64,000 nucleotides of DNA, taken from positions 105,836,001 through 105,900,000 of the forward strand of contig NC_045696.1 in NCBI RefSeq assembly GCF_009834535.1, written 5' to 3'. Source of the stretch: Camelus ferus. Lineage: Eukaryota. The stretch's first letter is position 1. Each line of letters begins with the position of its first letter. The notes under the pieces are model-generated. The model did no database searches, had not been told where the DNA came from, and worked only from the letters and a program-made list of their open reading frames with translations. This document shows positions 53,731-64,000 of this stretch, one piece after another. The position numbers and the translations under genes were made by a program.

Positions 53731-54924
53731 GTTCTGAATATACAAAAGCATGTTAATAAGAAAAAGTTAACTCAATAAAAATGGCCAAAAACTGAACAGA
53801 GGAACCCAGAAAGGAACATGGATAGTTAATACATTTGAGAAAAGGTCTTCAACCGTAGTAGATCTTCATCCTAATCAAGTACAAACTGAAATCACACATA
53901 TACCATTTTATATGTTCTGTATTGCTACAAATCAAGAAATCTGACTTTACTGAGTATTGGAGAAGATGTGCTATCAATTCATCTACGGTTGGTGAATTAG
54001 TAAAGTGATTCAATTTGAAGATAATTTGACATTTTTGGTAAACTCAGAAACTTGCGTGTCCTATGACCCACCAATTTTCCACTTCCAGGTTTAAGGCATA
54101 CACTAAAATTCTTGTGTAAGTGCACCTAGAGACTTGTATAATAGTGTTGATAGAAGTAAAAAACTAAACCATCCAAATGTTTGTCAACAGAATAGATAAA
54201 TACATTGTGGCATACTTATATAATGAAATACCATATACAGCAATGAAAAAGTAACATGGATAAAGTGTAGAAAAATATTGAGTGAAAAAGTTCAAGTCCC
54301 TGAAGACTCCATTCAGCATACCAATTTATCAAGCTGAAAACAGGAGTCAGGGACACAGACCTAAACGAAGTATTGTTTAGGAACGTATACCTGGGTGACG
54401 AAGTTCTGTGTTAAAAAGCAGTGGTGTAATATATATTCAGGATAAATGTTGGGATAAAAGGAGCACTTGGGTAATGTTATTGGAGTTCTTCTGTGACATG
54501 GTGGTTTACAATTTACAGTGTTCATCTTAGGCTTGCTTATATGCATCTTTCCATATATTGTGTGTGTGTCAAATATTACATTAAAGAGGAAAGGGAAAAA
54601 ATGAAATAAGTTCATATTAGCAGCTTATGATGTAGATGGAGGAATGGATTGAGAAGTAGAAAGAAAATTACCATATTACAGAAGAGAGGTTTCAAGAAAG
54701 TGGAGGTGATTTACATGGGAGAATTCAGATAGTTGCACAGGACATCTACTTTAGTCCCTTTCAACTCAGACGTTCTGTAATTTTAATATTATGGTTCATG
54801 TGTTTCCTGTTTTCCCCGTATTTAAAAATATAGTTACAAGCAATTGTGTCGTATAAGTAACAAAATAATTTTTAATTTAGTCCATTTAAGTGTTAATACC
54901 TTTTATCTTCACCCTTTTTTGTAG

Positions 54925-55015
54925 TGTGTCTTCTAATCTGAGAAAGTCTTCCATAAAAACTTCAGTAATGCCATCTGTTTTCCTAAGGGACTGAAATGGG
55001 GGCTGTCATTTCAAG
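54925..55015 (+). other. Candidate internal exon (91 nt), probably exon 2 of the CpG-island gene
   Basis: Polypyrimidine tract and acceptor (ttttatcttcaccctttttt gtag|) plus a perfect donor AAG|GTAAGT at 55016-55021, in non-repetitive sequence. Confidence 0.6.
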
Positions 55016-56979
55016 GTAAGTATCCAATTTTGTATCTTTAATTACTTACATTATTTTCCCAGAAGTTAAATATAGAAGGAAGATGTGAATGTTGGTTAGA
55101 TTCTAAATTCTTTAGTTAATCTAGGGTGGGGATAGGGAGGAAATTCTAGGCATTGTTTATTAAGGTAGTCACGTTTACCACAAAGTTAACCCAGCTTCCT
55201 GAGTGATAGAGGAAGGGTCAGTAGTATCTAAAGCTTTTTAGAAAGGTTAATTGAAAACTGGAAGCTTTTTTGGATTTGGCAGTCAGGAGGTTATTGCTGG
55301 CCCCAGCAAAGGCCGTTTCAGGACAATGTTTGTGGCTGAAAATAAGCTTGCAATACAGTAAAGAGTGAAGAGAAGGTGATAAAGTGAGTATTTTAGCTCT
55401 TAATTAATTTATTAAACCAATGTATAGTTTGTACTTAGGATACAACAGCTGTTTCCCTAAGCACGGGAGTTACCGTGTGGCGATATATATAGCTTGGTTT
55501 AAGCCTCTTGTAAATCATTTAATGCCCAAATGTTTTTTCCCCCAACTTTATTTAGGTATAATTGACATATAACATTGTATAATTGCTCAACTATTTTATG
55601 CCCTTTTTTACTCTTGTCTGCTGGTTTGGGTGATAAATTACGTGGTTCACCCTAGTTATCCTGTTAACAAAGACAGACTTTTCTTGCCTGGGATTATCTT
55701 GCCTGTTACTGGGCTAATGGTCTAGCAGGCAAGTTAGGTGCTTAACAGTCATGAAATTAATTGCTTAATTATAGCTGTGGTAAGTGCTGCAATAGTGAAA
55801 TAATGACTACCTGAATGAGTGGTGGGAGTGGGAGTTGGTAGTCTGTGAGTTCATTTGGCAGGACAGATTTTAAAGGCAGATTTGGTGGGGAATATGGAAA
55901 AAAAGAAATCATATATATGAATTAAGATTTTGGGTTCCAGTGGCTAGAACAAGTATGATGGTCTCATAAACAGAAGTAAGGAAACATCAAGGAAAGACTG
56001 TTTATTAGGGGGCAAAAGAGTAGGACTACAGCATGATGAATTCTGTTAGACACATTGTGATTTTTGAAATACAGATAGAACTTTCAGAATCTCTCCTTAA
56101 ATGTGGAAATATGAAACAAATTTAGAAGACATTTACAGCCCGAAGATCCAAACTTTGAAGTAATTCACAAATTTTGAGGAGTTTAAGGTGTGGAAGTAGG
56201 TAACATTTCCAATATCCTAGCATAGAATGTTAGGAAATGTGTATTGTAAATGAGTAGCTGTTGTTAAAAAGAATCAGTAAAGGAAGAATAAGAAAAAGTA
56301 TTAAAGTTGTGTCTGTCTTTGAAGCACAATAAAGAACTTTAAGAAAGAGGCTCTTGAGAGGGATGAGATGCTATAGAAAGATTAAGGATTTTAATACTTT
56401 TGAAGGGCATTAAATTTAATTACATTCAGTGACCCCCTTCTAGGGTATTAACATAATCTAATAATTAAGTTACAGTAAATTATATTAAATAAAATAATTA
56501 AATAAATTATAATAAAGTAAGATAATAAATATTAAGAGTTTCTTGATAACTGAGAGAACAGTTTGGGTAGACCAGAATGAATTATATGAGGTTAAGCTAA
56601 TGGTTTTACAAAATAAAGAAAAGCATGAAGAATAAAATAGGATGTTTTTCAAGAAATTTGTGTAGGAAATGAGACAGTGATCATTTTGAAGAGTTGGCCA
56701 CATGAAGATATTTTAGCATTAGCACCTAGTATATTTTAGGTAAAAGGGAATGATCCATTAGAGTAGCTGAAATATGTAGAGTAGTTTAAAATACTAGAGT
56801 GATTAATTGCCTGAAGGGGGTAAGAAGGTTTGAGATCAAGGACATGGGCAAAGGGCTTAACTCTTACAAAACAGTAGCAACCATTCTGCTTAGAAACCAG
56901 AGGAAGGGAAGAGAGTTTTGGGGTCCTGGGAGAAGAAAACATTTAGAAAAAATGTTGTAGAGTAATTACCAAATTCAAT

Positions 56980-58400
56980 AAATATTCTTTGGACATGTGC
57001 TTTTGTGCCAGGCACTCTTATACACAAGATTAGTGTTCCTGTAGAGCCAATCATTGAAATGAACAAGAAAAATGCCAAATTGTAATGTGATATGGGGAGG
57101 GCAGTTGGTAGAGTGACTAGGTGGCTACTTCTGAGGAGGAGACTTTAGGGTAAGATGTCTAAGGTAGAGATTCAGTCACTTGAAAATAAAGCTATTATAA
57201 AAATCTCAAGGTGAAAACGAGCTTGATATGTTTGAGGAATGGAGAGAAGACCAGTGCTCTGAAACAGAGTGGATGAGAACCATAGTGTCATGAGATGAAG
57301 TTAAAGAAGTAGACAGTCCCCATGGCCATGGTAAAGAGTTTAGACTCAAGGAAGTCTGTTAAGGAAGGATTTACACAGAAAAGTGCCTTGATACGTGTTT
57401 TAAAGATTCCTCTGGCTGCTTTAGTATAAAGATGGACTATAGGAGTAGAGGGGAAGCAGGAAGGTCAGTTGAAAGCTGTTAAAATTGACCAAGCCAGAGA
57501 CCACGGTGGAGAAACTTAATATGATCACCAGGATAGAACAGAAAGAATTGCTGAACAATTGTAAAGGCTCAGTTATGACAAACTAGCATGACATGTCAGT
57601 GTGAATTTAGCTAGCATAACCTTTAAGGTAGAAGTGAGAAATTTGACATTGGTGGTTAGAATAACTGTCTGTGGGGATGAAGGCTTGGTAAAAGGTAATG
57701 CACAAGGGGTTGGAGGCCATGACTGGTTCAATACATATTTATTGAATAATATATGCATCTGCTAATACACCCAGAACTGTGCTAGCTGCTAGGGTTATAA
57801 CAGTGAACAGAAACAGAGGCTCCTTTCTCATGGACTTGCCATTCTAATGAGGGTGGGAAAGATAAACAGTAAGTAAATACATACTATGTTAGGTGGTAAT
57901 TACTACTGTTAAGAAAAATATATTAGGCAGATAGATGTATTAGTGAAAGGTAAACATTGATTTGGGGAAGGGTTGGCTTCTGTGTTATAAGATGTAGTTA
58001 GGGAAGCCTTCCCTGATTAGGTGACATTGGAGCTCGCAGCTCTGAATGAAGTAAGGGAGCAGGCCAGGTAGCTATCTGGGTTGGGGTGGGGTAGCTGAGG
58101 GAAGACTGTGCCCGATATGTTCTAGGAGCAGTAAAAGAGTTGGCGTGACTGGAATGGAGTAAGTGAGGGATGAGGTAGTAGCAGCTGACATTGTGAAGGT
58201 AGAGGAGCAGGAGTCAAGTTGCAGACTTTCAGGTTTTCATCTGTGTGATGATGGGGATGCACATCCAGGGATGAGGCTGTAGGAATGAAAGGCAAGGCTA
58301 CAGTTGAGAGGTGTAACTTGTAGCTAACGAACTGTGATGTTTGAAGTATCTGAAGGTGATGATAAGAGAAGGGGATGTACAATTAAACAGATTATTTTAA
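56980..58400. mobile_element. Cluster of degenerate L2 remnants
   Basis: ttcaataaatatt...tgtgccaggcact, tgtttgaggaat and aaagattcctctggctgct motifs. Confidence 0.55.
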
Positions 58401-59334
58401 TACTACAGGGAAGTAGAAAGAGTAGAGAAAGGTGAATTGGGTGCATGGAGGGCTTGTAGTTCCTGATGAATAAGTTTATTTGGATTTGGGTTTTTTAAAT
58501 TGTAAAATGTGTGTAACAAAAATTTAAAAAATTTTTTATGATAAATTGACATCTATACATGAATCAGGCCAGCTTCTTCATGTGTACAAAACATCTGAAT
58601 GTTCAGTTTCATCTGCACAGTATTGCTCACTTTTCTTTACTCAGAGCAGATGTAGGGACTGAGAGGGACTGAAAGAATAAATTGGCTCATTTCACATTGT
58701 CAGGGGGGCCTTCTCTTGCCATTGCTTCTGTCTGTAAATTGAAAAATGAAATACCAAGACTGCTCCCTTTTTAAGCTTTAATAAAGTGGGGATTTCTAAA
58801 TCACATCATGATTGATTGACAGATGGTGTCAGAAGTACAGAAGCAACGCTCGTGATCAGTTAAAGATTTTTTCCTGTAAATCAAAGGAGATCTGGTTACT
58901 TTGCTCATTAACATTGAATACTAAGGAAAAGAACAGCTGTTGGACCCCAGATTGTCTCTGAGTCCTGTGCTTCCTAGCTGCTTAAAGCTAGTGAAGTCAG
59001 AATACATTAGACTCACTCTTGGCATTTTCAGATTTAATGTGTTCAAAGATCCACTGCAGTCTCCAAACACTCATGATTCCAAATCGTGTCCCAGTAAAAA
59101 TGGCATTTATTACTAGTGCATCATGACAAGTACTCAGCATGAGTGAGCCTAAGTAAATGTTAAGCACCTACAACTCTATGGGGCTTTACTGGTCTTAGTT
59201 TATTTATAGTCGTATTTCATCCTGTCATCAACTCCCTCTGAAACAGAAGTTATCCACATTTTGTAGGTGACATTTGGAATATGTGCAAATGTGTGTTTTT
59301 GGAAAGTGCTCAATTTATCCCTACTGAACATTTG

Positions 59335-59952
59335 CCTTTTTAGCTGTTTAGAGTGTACAATTCCCTGGCATTGAATGCATTCACAATGTTGTGCAACCAT
59401 CACCACTATCCATCTCTACAAATTTATAATCATCCCAAACTGAAACTCTGTACCCATTAAACAATAACCCCCCATTAACTTCTTATCTCAGTTCCTGATA
59501 ATCACTGTTCTGCTTTCTGTCTCTGTGAATTTGCCTATTCTGAATAGCTCATGTAAGTGGAATCATATAATGTTTGTTCTTTTGTGGCTGCTTTATTTCA
59601 TTTAGCATAATGTCCTTAAGATTCATCTACGCTGTATCATGTATCACAATGTCCTTTTTAAAGGCTGAATTCCTTTGAATGTATACTCATTTTGTTTAAC
59701 TGCCCATCTCTTCGGAGGAATTTGGGTTGTTTCCACCCTTTGGCTGTGGGTAATAATACTGCTGCGAACATGGGTGTACAAATATCTGTGTGACTCCCTG
59801 TTTTTAATTCTTTTGGGTGTATACCCAGAAGTAGAATTGCTGGTAATTCTGTTTAAATATTTTGGGAACTGCCATACTCTCTTCAACAGTGGTTGCACCA
59901 TTTTACATTTCTACCAGTAATACACAAGGATTACAATTTCTCCACATCTTTG
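59335..59952 (-). mobile_element. Old L1 (L1MB-like) 3' end
   Basis: ttcacaatgttgtgcaaccatcaccactatc and tgaatttgcctattctg; minus ORF VQPLLKRVWQF. Confidence 0.85.
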
Positions 59953-60482
59953 CCTGGATTTGGTTTATAGTGTACTTTGGTTTTGAGCAGTGAAATGTTT
60001 TAAGGATATTTATTTTCTTAAAATAATGTTTATCATAGATGGTTTTCTAGTAGTTTTAGAAGTAACACAAATTCTCATGCTCTGCTGTAAGGTCAGAACT
60101 GGTAAAGAAAGTTGTATCCTAGTTAAATTTTAGTGAGAGATCCTCACAGGAATTAAAGTTACGGGGCTTTGGAAAGAATGCATTGCCAAAAACTTATGAT
60201 TACTGTGTCTGTGTAACTTGACTGTTATGTCTAATGTACTAAGTACCTTCACTTGGCTTAGGAGAAAGCTATATGTTTTGATTACTGGACAGGAATAACT
60301 ATGATCTCCAGGACTGGACAAGATGATTAAATGAGTTAGAATGCTTTTTTTTTCCCCAAAGGATACACTTGGAAATTAGAAATTTTATAAGGAGCTGAAG
60401 AAATTTTCATCTTGTTGACTGACGCATTGTCTGTGTAACAATTAGGGAAAGACATTACTTGTTCAGATGGATAATAGACCAG

Positions 60483-61834
60483 TAAAACTGTAAAGGGGCC
60501 TAGGTAACATCAGGAAGCACCAGCCTGATTTTAAACTTTAATCTTATTTTCCACTAGTAGCTTAACTCTGTAATGTATATATTTATTAATTCATAGACCA
60601 ATAAAAGTTATTAAGGGAAAAAAATGTTGATGGGATTGCAGCTCCTGCAGAGAGGTTTTTGGAGCTTTGTACCTCTTTCGCAGTTGTCATTAACATTTGG
60701 AAATTCTGAAGTAGATCATATTCATTGGCTTCAATATTGTTATAATTGTGCTTTTCCTTAGTAAATCACGTTTACATTTGAAAAAGTTTACTTTAGAAGC
60801 TTCTTACAATGTTATATGAACATTATGAGTAAACTGAGTGGTTTAAACTTGCCTTCCAGTTTTGACTAGTTCCTCTTCCTCCAGTTCTTTGTCTTTGCCT
60901 TAGAATTTTTTTTTCTAATATGCAGTGGATGTTTATGCATTAGAAAAATGTTCATAAAGATTATATTGTTTAGTGCCTACTGTTTCTGTTCCTTTCATAA
61001 TGTGCTTTTTGCTTTTACTCAGAACATAACTGGTTAGATTGTCATATAGTCTGCCATAGACAGTAAGGATATTGTGAAAGAAATTCTGGCTGTTTGCATA
61101 GTATGACCTTTCAAAACTGTTTTCTTTGCTGCAAGCATCTCACTTAGCCTTTTGACTGCCTCATGACAGAGGAAGTAGTATATAAAAGGCAACATAAATG
61201 GCTGCCTTGTTGATCTCAATAATTTTCCAATATAAGAGCTTACTGAACAGTCATGTATGTTATTAAATATCATTGTTTTGTTTATGTAGAGGATGAATTA
61301 GTTTTATGTGTTATACATAGAGTACCTTTTTTTTTTTCATTTCATTTTATTTTGGGTATTTTTTTGGTAGTGGGGATTAGGTTTATTTATTTACTTATTT
61401 TAACTGAGGTACTGGGAATTGAACCCAGGACCTTGTGCATGCTAAGCACTCACTCTACCACTGAGTGATACCCATTCCCTAGAGTACATTTTAATTATAA
61501 TTTTAAAAATAAAATTTATAATAGTTAAAATCAAAACAGAATCATTTATGTTACCTCGAAGAAGGCTCTAACTTTTTTATTCAGAGTTGCAAGAATTATT
61601 AATGAATGGAGATTATTATATACAGCTGATGACTATAGAGCTACTATTTTTGTGGGCCAAGATTTTCAGGTGACTTTGGAATTGTCTTTCTGTTGTTCCT
61701 GAGCAGCCAAGAGAGGCTTCTTTAAAACTGTAAAGGGGCCTAGGTAACATGAGGAATCACCTGCCTGATTTTAAACTTTAATCTTATTTTCCGCTAGTAG
61801 CTTAACTCTGTAATGTATGTGTTTATTAATTCAT
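60483..61834 (+). repeat. 112-bp direct repeat pair (60483-60594 and 61723-61834)
   Basis: Ungapped alignment, 6 mismatches in 112 nt, offset 1240. Confidence 0.95.
61327..61479 (-). mobile_element. Vic-1-like SINE
   Basis: Typical body; TSD tagagtac(c/a)tttt. Confidence 0.92.
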
Positions 61835-63458
61835 CATTTGGCCAATAGTTACTGAGGTTCTGTATCAGGTGCTGTGCAGAACCCCAAAGATGAAAGAGCC
61901 TGTCCCTGGCATTGAGGAACTCATTGTCTAGATTTCAGCAAGGGTGGCAGGAGTATAGTTTGGCAGGATCACAACTCCTTGCTTTAGCTGCTAATGTCAC
62001 TTCCCTCCTAGAGTCTAGAGGTAAAGACAAAGGTTATAAGGAGAAACAGTAGGGGCATGAGGATGGTCAGGATTCTTAGGTGGGAATAGTGCTGTGTTGG
62101 AAGAGAAGCAACTGTGGGTTACAGAAAAAGTCTGGAGCTTGGGTTTGATTATCTCCAACACTGAGATCAGAGGTGCAGTAAAATGAGGAATGGGTTCCCA
62201 TCAAATGGATTCTCTGTGCCAGATGCTGCCGAGGGGCTTTATATATGTTATCACTGTTAGTCCGTTAAAAAATGTGAAATTTGGCATTTGTGCAGAAGAC
62301 CACACATGAGAACTTAAATTTATAATTTAAAGAATGATAAAAAATGAACTCTGCATTAACGGCCAGGCCAGTTGTACGTGCCTTCCTCTATCGTATCTTT
62401 CTCTCTCTCCCCAGGCTACACTTCGCTGAATTTTCGGTTGTTTTCTTTTCTTTATAACTTTGCCACTTATGTTTGTATCTGAACAATATTTGACTTTCTG
62501 TTTAAGTAAATGGAATCACATTGTGCATATTCTTTTTTGATTTGTTTCTCTTAACATTGTTAGGTTCATTCATGCAGATGAGTGTAGCTGTATTTTATTA
62601 ATTTCCTATATTGTAGAATATACAATTTATTGATTCATTCTATTAATGTACATTTAGGTTGTGTGTTTTTTTGGATATTATGATAATTTTTATATTGACT
62701 ACCCATGTACGTGTGACAACTTCAGATAAGAGTTTTCCTAGGATATATACCTGATAATGGAATTTTTATGCCAAATTCTTTGAAAGAAGCTTTGAATCAG
62801 TTTATTCTCCCACCAGCAGTGATCTCTGACATGTTATCTCACTGTGGTTTTAATTTTCATTTCCTTGGTGACTAAGGAGGTTGAACAACTTAACCCCACT
62901 CCCACCCCCCACCACCATATGTTTATGGGATTTTGGGTTTCTGTGAAATTTGTTTAATTATTTTACCCATTTTTAAAATTGGGTTCATGTTCTTTGCATA
63001 TTCATTTTCTCACAATTTATAAAAATTGTTTAGTTGATCAGTTTTTATTCACTTGTTTAATTAACATTCTTCATTGAACCTCCTCTTATTTTTTGCATCA
63101 AGAGCAATAACCTTAATATGGCCTATCGGAATGCGGATTTGGCCAGCTCCCTCCATGACCATTCCGCCTCTGTTTTCTGTCTCTGTGTTCCAAATGATAG
63201 TCTTTGAATTCCTCAGGTATTTAAGGTTTCTTAGGTCTTTGCATATGTTCTTTCTCCCTTTGCCTAGCCAATTTTCTTTCTTCCTTCAAGTCTGTGTTAA
63301 AGTACCCCCTCCCCTTGGAAAGCACTCTTATCTTAATCCACCTCAGATTCACATACTTTGTGTCTCTACACTTATTTATGAAAAATACAGTAATTTTAGT
63401 CAGATGACTAGACAGGAGGAGAAAGAGAGCTGTCAATATGTCCATTTCTACTAGGAGG

Positions 63459-63668
63459 TTTTTTTTTTTAATTGAAGTATAGTCTGTTTACAATGTTGTG
63501 TCAATTTCTGGTGTACAGCCCTGTGCTTCAGTCATACATGAATATACATATATTCATTTTCATATTCTTTTTCACCGTAAGCCACTACAAGATATCAAAT
63601 ATAGTTCCCTGTGCTATACAGTAAGTATAAACTTGTTTATCTGTTTTATATATACCAGTCAGTATCTG
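63459..63668 (-). mobile_element. 5'-truncated L1 3'-UTR fragment
   Basis: Poly-T and aattgaagtatag...atagttccctgtgctatacag; near-TSD tct(a/g)ctaggag(g/a)tt. Confidence 0.85.
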
Positions 63669-63882
63669 CTAGGAGATTAAAAAACACATTGTGCAAAGTG
63701 ATAAACAAGGATAAAAGCTGTTGAGTTTAAATAGTGAATGATTTGGGTAGTCGTAACAGTAGCCTCGTCAGTGTTATTCCCTGACTCCTGTTTGTATTTC
63801 TGTTTTCTGTTTGGTTGGAGAAGGGTGGTAAGGAAAATACAGACCATTGGACTGATTGTAACTGAGGGAGCATATGCTAGGT

Positions 63883-64000
63883 TTTTTTTTTTAATTGAAA
63901 CATTGATGTACAATATTATGTTAGTTTCAAGTGAACTTCCTAAGGTTTTGACATATACATACATTATGAAATGATCACCAGGATAACTCTAGTAACCATC
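63883..64000 (-). mobile_element. L1 3' end running off the window
   Basis: Poly-T then aattgaaacattgatgtacaatattatgttagtttcaagtg. Confidence 0.75.

Noticed and set aside
16600..55021. Assigning a gene symbol to the CpG-island gene
   Set aside because: Only probable UTR exons are visible and I do not recognise them with confidence; a BLAST search is needed.
1..64000. CRISPR arrays, operons or other prokaryote-type systems
   Set aside because: The sequence is mammalian intergenic and intronic DNA, with no regularly spaced repeat-spacer array or gene-dense region.

Overview
Mammalian genomic DNA, very likely a camelid (alpaca, llama or camel), inferred from about 16 copies of a tRNA-Ala-like SINE matching the camelid Vic-1 family. 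The window covers about 16.6 kb of upstream sequence and then a strong CpG-island promoter (~16600-17460). That island holds a probable non-coding first exon ending at CAG|GTGAGT (17014). A very long, repeat-rich intron follows on the + strand, with one good candidate internal exon (54925-55015). I cannot name the gene and found no host protein-coding exon I recognise; the ORF track is explained by L1 remnants, GC-rich or low-complexity sequence and chance. The most interesting structures are retrotransposition products: (1) a ~2 kb TSD-flanked, ORF1-only (HAL1-like) chimeric element with an apparent 3' transduction; (2) two ~90 bp TSD-flanked retrocopies that look like bare ERV-LTR R regions; (3) an L1 that appears to have replaced the body of a SINE; (4) a 112-bp non-tandem direct duplication. 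Repeat family names come from visual recognition, and coordinates of old repeats are approximate.
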